DNA from: Corallococcus coralloides
Lineage (GTDB): Bacteria; Myxococcota; Myxococcia; Myxococcales; Myxococcaceae
Strand: one strand, 5' to 3'
DNA: 64,000 nucleotides
Assembly: GCF_004104415.1 (NCBI RefSeq)
Contig: NZ_CP034669.1
This document shows positions 45,678 through 55,564 of the stretch, in pieces (within the stretch, counting starts at the first letter, position 1; each line of letters opens with the position of its first letter). Under the pieces are notes generated by a model that was given only the letters and a program-made list of their open reading frames with translations, did not search any database and was not told the DNA's origin. The translations under genes and the position numbers were made by a program.

Positions 45678-46847
45678 ATGCACAAGGCAGAGGGCTTCTT
45701 CGTCACGATGGCCATCGCGGGACTGTCCCTGGGAGCGCCCCCGGCGCTCGCGGCGGACAGGGAGCCGCTCGACGCCCGATTCCAGCAGGCGAAGCCTGTC
45801 GCGTGCGACGTCCAATGCGGTGACGTCATCACGCAGCACACGAAGCTCACGCATGACCTCTCCTGCCCGGGCACGGACGAGCCCGCGCTCCGCATCGAAG
45901 GTGACGGCGTCGTCCTCGATCTGGGTGGCCACACCGTGCGCCGCTCGAGTCCCGTCCAGCAAGACACCCTGGGCATCGTGGTCACCAGCACCAGCATGGT
46001 GCGCAACGGCACGATTCGCGGCTTCGCACGAGGCGTCCAGACCGAGGGGGTCGACTCCCTGCGGGTGCACAAGCTCACGTTCGCCGACAACGGCACTGCC
46101 ATCTACAACTACTTCTCCACCACCTACTTCCTCATCACGAATTCGCGTTTCATCGGCAATGACGCCGGGTTGGGAAGCGAGATCGACGCGTCCACCGGTA
46201 CGTTCGACGTGAGGTCGAGCCACTTCGAGAACAACAGCCTCGGCATCTACCTGGATACCCACGCGGCCGACGTCCTCGATTCCACCTTCATTGGGAACGG
46301 GCTCGGCATCTACTGCTTCGCCGGAGGCGCCCGCGTCCGGTCGAGCACCTTCGCGCGAAACGCGGCCGTCGCCACCACGACCGTGCCCATCGGGGGCCGC
46401 GACATCTGCGATGTGTTCCGTTTCGAGGACACGCTCATCGCGGACAACGCGTCGTTCGCCCCAGCGGAGATACCCATCTGGAATGTGGTCCAGCTCGACA
46501 TGATCAACAACTGGATCGTGGGCAATGACAATGGGCTTACAGCCGGCTCATTCCAGGTCTACATCCAGGGCAATACCTTCTGGGACAATGCGGGCGGACT
46601 GACTTTGGGAGACACTCCCATTGTCAGCCTCCCACAGACAGGCATCATCCGAGCCAACCGGTTCCTACGGAACGACGGTGACGGCCTCCGCGTCCTCCCG
46701 GCCAGCACGCCCACGGTGATTGGCAACGTGGCCCTGGGAAACACGGGCTGGGGCATCCACGCGCCTACCGCCTTCGACGGGGGCGGCAACGTCGCGCGAG
46801 ACAACGGCGCCGGCAACTGCGAGGGCATCGTCTGCGCCCCCTACTGA
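45678..46847 (+). CDS. secreted right-handed parallel beta-helix repeat protein
   Basis: Signal peptide, then a periodic ~22-residue repeat rich in G/N/I/V (…IGNDAGLGSEID…NNSLGIYLD…IGNGLGIYCF…), typical of NosD/pectate-lyase-like beta helices. Confidence 0.78.
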   Translation: MHKAEGFFVTMAIAGLSLGAPPALAADREPLDARFQQAKPVACDVQCGDVITQHTKLTHDLSCPGTDEPALRIEGDGVVLDLGGHTVRRSSPVQQDTLGIVVTSTSMVRNGTIRGFARGVQTEGVDSLRVHKLTFADNGTAIYNYFSTTYFLITNSRFIGNDAGLGSEIDASTGTFDVRSSHFENNSLGIYLDTHAADVLDSTFIGNGLGIYCFAGGARVRSSTFARNAAVATTTVPIGGRDICDVFRFEDTLIADNASFAPAEIPIWNVVQLDMINNWIVGNDNGLTAGSFQVYIQGNTFWDNAGGLTLGDTPIVSLPQTGIIRANRFLRNDGDGLRVLPASTPTVIGNVALGNTGWGIHAPTAFDGGGNVARDNGAGNCEGIVCAPY

Positions 46848-46860
46848 CCCCTCGCCCATC

Positions 46861-47856
46861 TCAACCGATGCGCTTCAACTCCTGGGTCAGCAGCTCCTCC
46901 AGGTGCCGGATGTTCCGGTACACGAGACACCGGTAGCTGGACACGTCGAAGCGCAATTCCTTCACGTCGCGCACCAGCAGCAGGGTGGGCTTGCCGCGTC
47001 CCCAGGCATAGCCCACCTCCAGATAGACATTGGGGTTCGCCAATGACAGGTCCGCGATGACAACCTTCGCGGTGTCGATGCGGTCCCGGATGCGCTGGAT
47101 GATGGGCCCGTCGAAGACGGCCTGGTCCACCCGCTCGCACAGGAGCCCCGCCGCCTTCACGGGGTTCAGGATGCCGTAGTGGTAGGTGTCTTCCAGTTCC
47201 TGCGCGAAGGGCATCGCCACGAAGGCGTGGGGCTTCTCGTGGGAGTTCGCGCCCGCGGAGGCCATGGGCAGCGCCTGGACGAAGCGCGACGTCCTCCGCA
47301 CGCGGAAGCCCGTGGCCCCCATCAGCGGCTCCACGCCCGGCGTGAGCCCCAACCCCAGCGCCAACGCCTTGCGCAGCCGCTCCACCCGCTTGGGGTTGAG
47401 CTCCACCACCGTGATGCGCTCCAGGGCGCGGGGGCCACTGCCCCGCTGGAACGCGTCCACGAAGCCGCCCACCAGGGCCAGCACGGCCTCGTCCTCGTCC
47501 AGGCCGTAGTTGGGGCCGTGCACCGTGCACGCCAGGTGACGCACCTCGTGCCGGGGCTCCAGCAGTTGGAGCGCGCGCACGGAGAACTGGCGGATCTCGT
47601 GGTAGCCGAACTGCCGCAGCCGCACCGTGCCCAGGAAGAGCACCCACGGGGCGCCCAGGCTCCGGCGCGACTCGATGAAGCGGTGGTCCCCGGGGAGCAG
47701 GTCGAAGGCCTCCATGCCCACACCCGCCCCCTCCAGCCGGCGCGCCACCGCGCCGTCCGCCCCATGGAAGCCCTGCGCGTACTTCAGCAGCACGGCGTCC
47801 GCGGCCGTCTCTCCCACATCCCCCAGGTCCACCACGACGTCCAGCGTGTCTCCCAT
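46861..47856 (-). CDS. two-domain protein: N-terminal Macro-like domain + C-terminal nucleoside-2-deoxyribosyltransferase-like (SLOG/TIR-like Rossmannoid) domain
   Basis: N-terminus LDVVVDLGDVGETAADAVLLKYAQGFHGADGAVARRLEGAG resembles the Macro signature (GDIT..DAIVNAAN..GGGGVdgAI). C-terminus HAFVAMPF...DRIDTAKVVIADLSLANPNVYLEVGYAWGRGKPTLLL has the NDT/SLOG-type pattern (d.gt.fE.GyA.a.gKP). The overlapping alternative-frame ORF 46841..47896 is Arg/Gly-rich and rejected. Confidence 0.6.
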   Translation of the reverse strand: MGDTLDVVVDLGDVGETAADAVLLKYAQGFHGADGAVARRLEGAGVGMEAFDLLPGDHRFIESRRSLGAPWVLFLGTVRLRQFGYHEIRQFSVRALQLLEPRHEVRHLACTVHGPNYGLDEDEAVLALVGGFVDAFQRGSGPRALERITVVELNPKRVERLRKALALGLGLTPGVEPLMGATGFRVRRTSRFVQALPMASAGANSHEKPHAFVAMPFAQELEDTYHYGILNPVKAAGLLCERVDQAVFDGPIIQRIRDRIDTAKVVIADLSLANPNVYLEVGYAWGRGKPTLLLVRDVKELRFDVSSYRCLVYRNIRHLEELLTQELKRIG

Positions 47857-48069
47857 GGGCCCGGGACTGTAGGGTGTCCCGGTCCGCCCACGCCATCCCC
47901 GGCGCCCGTCCCGCCGCGTCAGGTGGGATGAACCCAGACGTGCCGAACGCCCCTCAATCCCTGCTCAAGGACGCCTCCTGGCTGCCTGGCTGTCTTTCAG
48001 GCCGCCTCCACGCCGCCTGTGAAGCGCTTCACAGTTTCCGCCCGGGCGGGCCGGTAGCATTTGCGCACC

Positions 48070-48963
48070 ATGTCCCTGTTCGCGCGCCTGCAGGCCCTGC
48101 TGTCCGCCCACCCGTCCGCCCCGGCCGCCGCCGGACAGACGCCCGCGACTCCCGCCGCGCCCCCGGCGGCGACCAGCGCCCCGGCGGAGGCGGAAGGTGC
48201 CTCCGAGCAGCAGCCGGTCTGCACACGCTACCTGCCCGCGGGACAGGTGGTGGTGCGCGAGGGCGACCCGGGACACTCGATGTTCGTGGTGCTGGAGGGC
48301 CGCGTCGCGGTGCTTCGCGGCGGCGACCCCGGCGGCAACACGGAGGTGGGCCGCCTGGGGGCTGGCGAGTTCTTCGGAGAGCTGGCGCTGCTCACCGGCA
48401 CGCAGCGCACCGCCACCATCGTGACGGTGGAGGACGCCGTGCTGCTGGAGCTCACCCAGGCCGGCGTCCGGGAGCTGGGCAAGGACTACGGCGTGAAGGG
48501 GGAGCAGATGCAGGTCGCCGCCCGGGAGCGCCTGCTCGCGGACGCGCTGCGCAGCAACCCGCTCATCGCCGCCCTGCCTCCGGAGGTGCAGCACGAGCTG
48601 GGAGACTCCTTCGTCCCCTGCACCGTCCCCGCCGGGGAGACGCTGCTCACCCGGGGCCAGCCGGGTAACGCGCTCTACATCCTCATCCGGGGCCAGTGCG
48701 AGGTCTTCCACACGCACAGCGACGGCCGCCAGTCCGCCTATCCCAAGCTGGAGGAGGGCGCCCTGTTCGGGGAGATCTCCCTGCTGCGCAGCCGGCTGGC
48801 CACCGCCACCGTGCGCACCGTGACGCCCTGCACGCTCCTCAAGCTGGAGCGCGACGTGTTCAAGAAGGCCTTCCTGGGCCAGCCCGACCTGCGCGGCGCC
48901 CTGGTGCGCCTGGGCCTGGAGCGGCTCAAGCACACGATCGAAGTCATGGGCGAAGCGAAGTAG
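48070..48963 (+). CDS. tandem cyclic-nucleotide-binding (cNMP) domain protein
   Basis: Two CAP-family cNMP-binding domains with FGELALLTGTQRTATIV and FGEISLLRSRLATATV phosphate-binding cassettes. Confidence 0.88.
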   Translation: MSLFARLQALLSAHPSAPAAAGQTPATPAAPPAATSAPAEAEGASEQQPVCTRYLPAGQVVVREGDPGHSMFVVLEGRVAVLRGGDPGGNTEVGRLGAGEFFGELALLTGTQRTATIVTVEDAVLLELTQAGVRELGKDYGVKGEQMQVAARERLLADALRSNPLIAALPPEVQHELGDSFVPCTVPAGETLLTRGQPGNALYILIRGQCEVFHTHSDGRQSAYPKLEEGALFGEISLLRSRLATATVRTVTPCTLLKLERDVFKKAFLGQPDLRGALVRLGLERLKHTIEVMGEAK

Positions 48964-49110
48964 TCCGCCGTCCCGCGCAATCCCAGACAGCCTGAAGCCC
49001 TGGGTCTACCGCAACGCCTTATCCAGGCCGAACGCGGCGAGGCGCTTGTCGACCCGCGCGCACCTCATCACGGGCAGCGCATCCTGCCGTAGCCGCTCGT
49101 CGCGACCTGC

Positions 49111-49698
49111 TCAGCCGCGGCTCAGCTCCCCGGCCTCCAGCATCGCGACGTACTTCTCCACCCAGCGCATGCGCGTCTCCGGCTTCTTCGAGTCGTGGAG
49201 CCGGAAGAGGATGGCGTAGCGGTTGGCGCCCTTGAGCGCGGCGAAGGCCGCCTTCGCCTTCGGGCTCTTCTCCAGCGCGAGCTTCAGGTCCTCCGGCACC
49301 TCCATGGTCCGCTGCCCCGCGTACGCCGCCTCCCAGCGGCCATCCGCGCGGGCGGATTCCACCTCCCGCAGGCCCGCGGGCTTCATGCGTCCGGAGGCGA
49401 CCAGGACCTCCACCTTGCCGCAGTTGATCTTCGACCACTTGCTGCGCGGCTTGCGGGGCGTGAAGCGCTGGAGCCAGTACTCCGAGTCGAACGCGCCCTT
49501 CTGCCCGTCGATCCAGCCGTAGCAGAGCGCCACCTCCAGCGCCTGCGCATACGTCACGGATGGGATGCCGGACTCGAACTTGGCGAGCTTCACCCAGACG
49601 CCCGGCGCGTCGACGTGGTTCTTCTCCAGCCACTTCTCCCACGCCTTCTCGGACGCGAAGGGCACGACGGGGAGCTCCTGCTTCGCCTTCGCCTTCAT
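49111..49698 (-). CDS. YdeI/OmpD-associated family protein
   Basis: ALCYGWIDGQK, FTPRKPRSKWSKIN and a C-terminal RYAILFRL motif, typical of this family. Start taken at MKAKAKQ. Confidence 0.8.
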   Translation of the reverse strand: MKAKAKQELPVVPFASEKAWEKWLEKNHVDAPGVWVKLAKFESGIPSVTYAQALEVALCYGWIDGQKGAFDSEYWLQRFTPRKPRSKWSKINCGKVEVLVASGRMKPAGLREVESARADGRWEAAYAGQRTMEVPEDLKLALEKSPKAKAAFAALKGANRYAILFRLHDSKKPETRMRWVEKYVAMLEAGELSRG

Positions 49699-49789
49699 GC
49701 AGTGCAACGCCTTTCCCTGCCCCGCGCCTCGCGCCGGGTTCATGACAATCCCACTCTACCGGAGGAAGGCAGCGCGGGCGGAAGCGGTT

Positions 49790-50551
49790 ATGAAACACGC
49801 CATGGCCGAAACCACCGACGCCCGTCCGCCGAACGCCGTGCCGCCCTCGCTCGCCCGCGTGGCCTTCCACGCCGTGGCGGCCGGGCTCACCCCGCTCATC
49901 CCCGTGCCCTTCCTGGACGACTACGCCCTGCGCCAGGTGCGCGAGCAGTCCGTGCGCGACCAGCTCAAGGAGAAGGGCCTGAAGGCGCCGGAAAAGGCCG
50001 TGGCGGTGCTCGCCGGCTCGTACGACGGGCGCAGCCTGGGCGGACGGCTGGTGTCCTACCTCAAGGCCGTGGCGCTCTTCCCCGTGCGCAAGGTGTTCCG
50101 CAAGGTCTTCTTCGTCCTCTGGGTGAAGGACTGCGTGGACCTGACGAGCGTGTGCCTGCACCACGGCTACCTGCTGCACCACGCGCTGGAGCGCGGCGAC
50201 CTGGACGCGGCCTCGCTCCAGGGGGATGCGCCCCAGAAGGTGCAGGCCGCCATCGTCGCCGCCTGCGCGGAGATGGACGCCCGCCCCATCAATCAGGCCC
50301 TGCGCCGCCTCTTCCGCAGCAGCCGGGTGTTGATGGCCGAGGCCACCCGCGTCTTCCTGGAGCCGAAGCGCGGCGGCACCCGCGTGCCCGACCCGAAGAC
50401 CGAGAACGCGGAGGTGAAGTCGCTCACCGACCGGCTCCTCCAGGAGATGTGGGAGGAGCGCGGCTACTTCACCGCGCTGCAAGCCCACTACGACAAGCAC
50501 CTGAAGCGCGGCCCCGCGTCCACCGAGCCCCAGCCCGCGACGGGCACCTGA
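49790..50551 (+). CDS. hypothetical protein
   Basis: Non-repetitive composition from MKHAMAET (internal Met of track ORF 49565..50551). It is divergent from the YdeI gene and no domain was recognised. Confidence 0.45.
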   Translation: MKHAMAETTDARPPNAVPPSLARVAFHAVAAGLTPLIPVPFLDDYALRQVREQSVRDQLKEKGLKAPEKAVAVLAGSYDGRSLGGRLVSYLKAVALFPVRKVFRKVFFVLWVKDCVDLTSVCLHHGYLLHHALERGDLDAASLQGDAPQKVQAAIVAACAEMDARPINQALRRLFRSSRVLMAEATRVFLEPKRGGTRVPDPKTENAEVKSLTDRLLQEMWEERGYFTALQAHYDKHLKRGPASTEPQPATGT

Positions 50552-51559
50552 TCAGGGCGCGGGCGCGGCGGCGGTCTCCAGCGGCGCGCGGATGCGGGCG
50601 GAGAAGTCGTCCCGCCCCTGCGCGGCCAGCGCTCGCGCGTTGATGTGGTAGCGCTGGCGGACCTGCTCCAGCGGCACGTCCGTGTCGATGATGCCCAGCT
50701 CGTACGCGAGCGCATCCGAGAACGCCGGCATCAGCGTGCGGTGGTCATACGGCACGTTCTTCGTGGCCACCTTCTCGAAGTGGCGCACCAGGTTGGTGGT
50801 GCAGTTGCTGGTGAGCGTGTCGTAGAACTCCGGCTGCGCGTGCAGCCCGTTCATCCGCTGCACCATGTCCATGAAGAACGCGGTGATGCGCTCCTTCGAC
50901 GCGTTCACCGGATACACATACACGTCGTCATGGCGGAAGTTGGAGCGCAGCTGCACCAGGTCCCGCTCGTCGCCCACGACGTAGGTGATTTCAAAGCGGC
51001 GGAACAGGCCGCCCAGCGCGGAGAACGTCTCGCCCTGCTCGCGCCGCACCTCCACGGAGAACACCACGTGGCGGCCGTCCTGGAAGCCGAAGCTCACCAT
51101 CGTGTGCGCGGCGCCATAGAAGCCGGAGAACGGCTCCACGATGAACGACGCGCCCGTGAGCGCGTCCGTGTCGTAGGTGGCCGTGTACCAGGCGGGGTCC
51201 CAGTCCGTGGTGCCGCGGTAGCGGAAGTCGCGCACGTCGTGCAGCGTCACCTGCGTCCCGGCCACCTCCGCCCACGGCGCCCGCGCCAGGTCCGGCGCCC
51301 AGTCCCGCGTGTTGGAGGGCTGGAACGTCCGCCCCCACCCGTACACGGACAGGCAGCCCAGCAGCATCACCGCCACGCCCCAGCGCCGGGAACGCCACCG
51401 CCAGGCCGCCACCGCCAGGGCCACCAGGGCCACCGCCACGAGGCTCCGCGCCACGTGCGACCCCTCCGGCCCCGCCCCCGTCAGGGCCAGGGCCAGCGAG
51501 GCCCAGACGCCCCCCACGAGGAGCACGAGCCCCGACACGGCGTTCTTCCAGATGCGCAT
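50552..51559 (-). CDS. DUF4105-like membrane protein
   Basis: Two N-terminal TM helices, then a periplasmic domain (NTRDWAPDL...[16 protein letters not shown]...[10 protein letters not shown]) resembling the DUF4105 family. Family assignment is from memory of the motif pattern. Confidence 0.6.
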   Translation of the reverse strand: MRIWKNAVSGLVLLVGGVWASLALALTGAGPEGSHVARSLVAVALVALAVAAWRWRSRRWGVAVMLLGCLSVYGWGRTFQPSNTRDWAPDLARAPWAEVAGTQVTLHDVRDFRYRGTTDWDPAWYTATYDTDALTGASFIVEPFSGFYGAAHTMVSFGFQDGRHVVFSVEVRREQGETFSALGGLFRRFEITYVVGDERDLVQLRSNFRHDDVYVYPVNASKERITAFFMDMVQRMNGLHAQPEFYDTLTSNCTTNLVRHFEKVATKNVPYDHRTLMPAFSDALAYELGIIDTDVPLEQVRQRYHINARALAAQGRDDFSARIRAPLETAAAPAP

Positions 51560-51746
51560 GCGGCCGAGTATCCGCGCCCCACGCCGCTCGTGTCACGGAC
51601 GCGCATCGCGGGTGCAGCCCCGGCGGGCGGCCGGGCTGCACCCGCCCTCCCAGGAAGGCCCCGGATTTGTCGCAACCGCCTACCTTGACCGCTTTTCCCC
51701 GGGTGTGCGACGAAAGGGGGGTCCCCAGCTTCAGGAGTCACACCCC

Positions 51747-51974
51747 ATGAGCGACGAGCGCGAAGACACGACCGTTTACAAGGTCGTCGTCAATCACGAA
51801 GAGCAGTACTCCATCTGGCCCGCGGACCGTGAGAACGCGCTGGGCTGGAAGGACGCCGGCAAGCAGGGCCTGAAGGCCGAGTGCCTGGAGTACATCAAGG
51901 AGGTCTGGACGGACATGCGCCCCCTGAGCCTCCGCAAGAAGATGGAAGAGGACGCGGCCCGCAACAAGAACTGA
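51747..51974 (+). CDS. MbtH-like protein
   Basis: [49 protein letters not shown] carries the MbtH signature (N-x-E-x-Q-x-S-x-WP...GW) and is 75 aa. Internal Met at codon 146 of track ORF 51309. Confidence 0.88.
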   Translation: MSDEREDTTVYKVVVNHEEQYSIWPADRENALGWKDAGKQGLKAECLEYIKEVWTDMRPLSLRKKMEEDAARNKN

Positions 51975-52035
51975 AGGCCGCGTGCGCTTCCCACCGCGCC
52001 CTCCCCGCTTCAACGGGGAGGGTGGGCCGGCCCCG

Positions 52036-52722
52036 CTAGAGGTCCGGCGGAGGCCTGACGCCCAGGTGGCAGGCGCGCAGGGCGAGCTGGGTGCGGTTCT
52101 CCGCGCCCAGCTTGCGGTAGAGCTGCGTGACGTGTGACTTCACCGTGCGCTCGGCGATTTGCAGGTGCGCGGCGATCTTCAGGTTGTCCGCTCCGCCCGC
52201 CACGTACTGCAGCACCTCGCGCTCGCGCTGCGTGAGCAGCAACAGGACGCTCGCCGTGGGTGACGTCACCGGCGGATGCTCGAAGTCGTTGCGCAAGAGC
52301 TGCACCGGGAAGAGGCGCTCACCCCGCACCAGCGACTGCACCGCGGAGGACACCGCGTTCACGCCCAGCCCCGCGCGGAAGAGGTAACCCGAAGCCCCTT
52401 CGTCGAAGCACTGGGAGATGACCTCCGGCGTGCTCACCGCGGACAGCAGCAGCATGCGCACCTCCAGCCGGCGCTTGCGGGCCTCACGCAGCAGGTTGAG
52501 CCCCTCTGTCACGGAGCATCCGATGGCGGCTTCGCCGTCGCTCTCCACGTCCAGGATGGCCACCTGCGGTGGATCCGTGCCAAGCCCGTCCAGGAAGCCG
52601 CGCACGTCGCGCGTCACTGAAGTGGAATGACCCTCACCCCGAAGCCCGTCGGACAAGCCCTGCCAGGCCGCCCACGGTCCTTCGAGAATCGAAATACGAA
52701 CTGCCGATTGATTCGCTGCCAT
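52036..52722 (-). CDS. LuxR-family response regulator (receiver-like domain + LuxR HTH)
   Basis: C-terminal LTQREREVLQYVAGGADNLKIAAHLQIAERTVKSHVTQLYRKLG, and an N-terminal receiver-like fold (VAILDVESDGE…). Confidence 0.8.
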   Translation of the reverse strand: MAANQSAVRISILEGPWAAWQGLSDGLRGEGHSTSVTRDVRGFLDGLGTDPPQVAILDVESDGEAAIGCSVTEGLNLLREARKRRLEVRMLLLSAVSTPEVISQCFDEGASGYLFRAGLGVNAVSSAVQSLVRGERLFPVQLLRNDFEHPPVTSPTASVLLLLTQREREVLQYVAGGADNLKIAAHLQIAERTVKSHVTQLYRKLGAENRTQLALRACHLGVRPPPDL

Positions 52723-53206
52723 GCGATGGCCCCCCAGCCGTCGTGGCGAATTGCTTTCAATGCTACCTGTCGACTTCAACCTGCCCCGGAGTCGGTGGAA
52801 CCGCGGCGGAACTTCCGCCTGTGCTGAGCGTGCGAGAACCGCGCTTCAACTCCATCCGGGGGTCCTGTCACTGCTGCCCTGCGAACTGCGCCTGCGACTG
52901 CCGAACTGGCCCGTCCGGGCCGAACCTCCTTTTTCGTTTCAAGCAAATCCAGCCAACCGAGACCCTAACATCATCCAAGGCCTCATGCGAACGGCCCCGC
53001 GCAGGACTGTCAATTGCGCATGGAACGCATGGAAATCCAGGGCCTCGTCCGTCAGGTCGTGATCGCTGTCGTCCCTGGGACATCCGTCCCGCGTCCACAT
53101 TCGGATGTTTTACCCGGTGTTTCGTCCAATGCCCGGGGGCAGCGCCCGCATGCGCGCGGATGGCGCGTCCTGGATGGCAAAGGCGTATGCTGTGCGTCCC
53201 GCGCGC

Positions 53207-53977
53207 ATGACTCCCTCCGCCCCCGCACCCCATGTCGACGTCGCCACGCCCGAGCGGGTGGCCCTGTCCCTGCCCGTGGCCGGCATCGGCTACCGCTGTC
53301 TTGCGTGGCTGGTGGACGCGAGCCTGCTGTTCTTCTTCTGGGTGGCGCTCTACTTCGTCATCACCCTGCTCGTCTCCGACGTGCTGGGGGCCTTCCAGGC
53401 GCTGTCGGGGCTCACGCAGACACTGCTCGCGGTGGGCCTCTTCGCCACGCAATGGCTGTACTGGACGGTGGCGGAGGTTTTCTTCCATGGACAGACGCCC
53501 GGCAAGCGCGCGCTGCGCATCCGGGTGGTGCGCGAGGATGGCTCACCGGTGGGCTTCTTCGAGAGCGCGGTGAGGAACCTGTGTCGCGCGGTGGACTTCC
53601 TGCCGGTGCTCTACGCCACCGGCTGCATCACCATGCTGCTGGACTCGCGCCACCGCCGGTTGGGCGACATGCTCGCCGGCACCGTGCTGGTGCGTGAGGA
53701 GGCCATCGACCTGGACAAGTACACGCAGGCGCCCCCGGTGGACGCGCCCGCCACGGACGCGGGCGTGCAGCGCCCGCTGGACGCGGAGGACGTGGAGCTG
53801 GTGCTGGCGTTCCTCGCGCGCGCGCCCGGCCTGGAGCCGGAGGTGCGGCGGCGGCTGGGCACGAGGCTGGTGGACCGCGTGGGCGCGTCCCTGACGGACG
53901 AGGAGCGCACGCGCGTGCTCCAGTCGCCGGAGGCCACGGAGGCCTTCCTGCGCACGCGCGCGAAGGCGGTCCACTGA
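53207..53977 (+). CDS. RDD-family membrane protein
   Basis: Three TM helices with RCLAWLVDASLLFFFW, HGQTPGKRALRIRVV and RRLGDMLAGT (RDD motif region). Confidence 0.8.
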   Translation: MTPSAPAPHVDVATPERVALSLPVAGIGYRCLAWLVDASLLFFFWVALYFVITLLVSDVLGAFQALSGLTQTLLAVGLFATQWLYWTVAEVFFHGQTPGKRALRIRVVREDGSPVGFFESAVRNLCRAVDFLPVLYATGCITMLLDSRHRRLGDMLAGTVLVREEAIDLDKYTQAPPVDAPATDAGVQRPLDAEDVELVLAFLARAPGLEPEVRRRLGTRLVDRVGASLTDEERTRVLQSPEATEAFLRTRAKAVH

Positions 53978-53978
53978 C

Positions 53979-54989
53979 ATGGCCGCGCCCCTGCCCACGT
54001 TCGTCACGCGGCGCCGGCCGGACTGGGACGCGCTCCAGGCCCTGCTGACGCGCCAGCGCGCGGGCCGCCTGAGCCTGGCGGAGCTGCGCACGCTGGACAC
54101 GCTGTACCGGCGCGCGGCCGCGGACCTGGCGCAGGCGCAGACGTTCTATCCGGGCACGGACGCGCACCGCTTCCTCAACCAGTTGTGCGCGCAGGCGTAT
54201 GGCGCCATCTACCAGCCGCCGCGCGAGCGCTGGGCCTCCACGCGCGACTTCTTCCGGCGGGACTTCCCCGCCACCCTGCGCCGCGAGGCGCGCTTCGTGG
54301 GCGTGAGCGCGGGCCTGCTGGTGCTGGGGCTGCTGCTGGGCGCGCTGGTGGTGACGCTGGAGCCGCGCGGCGCGGAGCTGCTGGTGCCGGAGGGCGTGCG
54401 GCGCTACGTGGCGCAGGGGCGCATGTGGACGGATGACCTGCTGTCCGTGGCGCCGCCCAACGCCGTGGCCTCCGGCATCGCGACCAACAACCTCACCGTC
54501 ACGCTGTTCGCGTTCGCGTCCGGCATCCTCCTGGGCATCGGGCCCGTCTTCACGCTCGTGAACAACGGCGTGCTGATTGGGGCCGTGGGGGCGCTGTGCT
54601 TCCGCGAGGGCATGGCGGCGGGCTTCCTGGACTTCATCGCCGCGCACGGGCCCGTGGAGCTGTCCATCATCGTCATCGCGGGCGGCGCGGGGCTGATGGT
54701 GGGCCAGGCGCTCATCGACCCGGGGGAGCTGCCGCGCGCGCAGGCGCTCCAGGCGCGCGGCCGTGAAGCCGTGAAGCTGGTGGTGGGCTGCGCGCCCTTC
54801 CTCGCCGGCATCGGCTTCGTGGAGGGCTTCATCTCCCCGGGCCACCTGTTCCCCACCTGGGCCAAGGTGGGGCTGGGCCTGTCGCTGGGAGTCCTCTTCT
54901 GGTGCTACCTGCTGCGCGCGGGCAGGACGGACGCGGGCGTGGCGCGCGTGGACGTGCCGGACGCCATGGCCTCCAGCCGCTTGCGCTGA
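53979..54989 (+). CDS. SpoIIM-like (DUF95) integral membrane protein
   Basis: Five to six TM helices, and IATNNLTVTLFAFASGILLGIGPVFTLVNNGVLIG, characteristic of the stage II sporulation M / DUF95 family. Confidence 0.78.
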   Translation: MAAPLPTFVTRRRPDWDALQALLTRQRAGRLSLAELRTLDTLYRRAAADLAQAQTFYPGTDAHRFLNQLCAQAYGAIYQPPRERWASTRDFFRRDFPATLRREARFVGVSAGLLVLGLLLGALVVTLEPRGAELLVPEGVRRYVAQGRMWTDDLLSVAPPNAVASGIATNNLTVTLFAFASGILLGIGPVFTLVNNGVLIGAVGALCFREGMAAGFLDFIAAHGPVELSIIVIAGGAGLMVGQALIDPGELPRAQALQARGREAVKLVVGCAPFLAGIGFVEGFISPGHLFPTWAKVGLGLSLGVLFWCYLLRAGRTDAGVARVDVPDAMASSRLR

Positions 54990-55420
54990 CGGTGCTTGAG
55001 GATGCGCTCGTAGGCGTCGTTGACCTCGCGCATCTGCTCCGCGGAGCCGCCCCGGTCCGGGTGCCGCTCCAGGGCCAGCGCGTGGAAGCGCGCGCGAATC
55101 ACGTCCGGCGTATCCAACGGCGACACGCCCAGCGTCTGGTACGGGCACTGCTCCTGGACGGCGGAGAGCCACTTGTCCAGCCGGTCCTTCACCTCCACGA
55201 AGCGCGCGTCCGCGTCCGAGGTGTCCTTCACCGGGTGCGTGCGCATCTTCGCGTCCGCGCGAAACACCTCGCTGTAGGTGCTGGACACCCAGCGGTGGCA
55301 TGAACCGCACCGGTAGTACTTCACCCGGGTTCCGGGCTGGAGTGTCATCATCACGCCGCAGTGGGTGCACTCCACCGTGACGTTCTCCAGTGTCTGCCAG
55401 CTCGCGACCGCCGCACCCAT
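54905..55420 (-). CDS. zinc-ribbon + C-terminal J-domain (DnaJ-like) protein
   Basis: CTHCG...YYRCGSCHRW zinc ribbon, and a J domain PYQTLGVSPLDTPDVIRARFHALALERHPDRGGSAEQMREVNDAYERI with HPD. Its 3' end overlaps the SpoIIM-like gene convergently by 85 nt. Confidence 0.78.
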   Translation of the reverse strand: MGAAVASWQTLENVTVECTHCGVMMTLQPGTRVKYYRCGSCHRWVSSTYSEVFRADAKMRTHPVKDTSDADARFVEVKDRLDKWLSAVQEQCPYQTLGVSPLDTPDVIRARFHALALERHPDRGGSAEQMREVNDAYERILKHRQRKRLEAMASGTSTRATPASVLPARSR

Positions 55421-55564
55421 GGTGACTTCGACCTCCGTTCGCAACACGCCTGTAGCACCGGCAAACTCCCACAGCCGGCGATCCCGTCAAGAAAATGTCG
55501 CGAACGACCCGGTGGGTACCGCGGCGCGCTGCCGGGCTTCCCGGGATTCGGGTAGAACGCACCC

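Noticed and set aside
46841-47896. Alternative-frame 351 aa ORF overlapping the Macro/SLOG gene.
   Set aside because: It is Arg/Gly/Pro-rich without motifs. The 46861..47856 frame has balanced composition and two recognisable folds.
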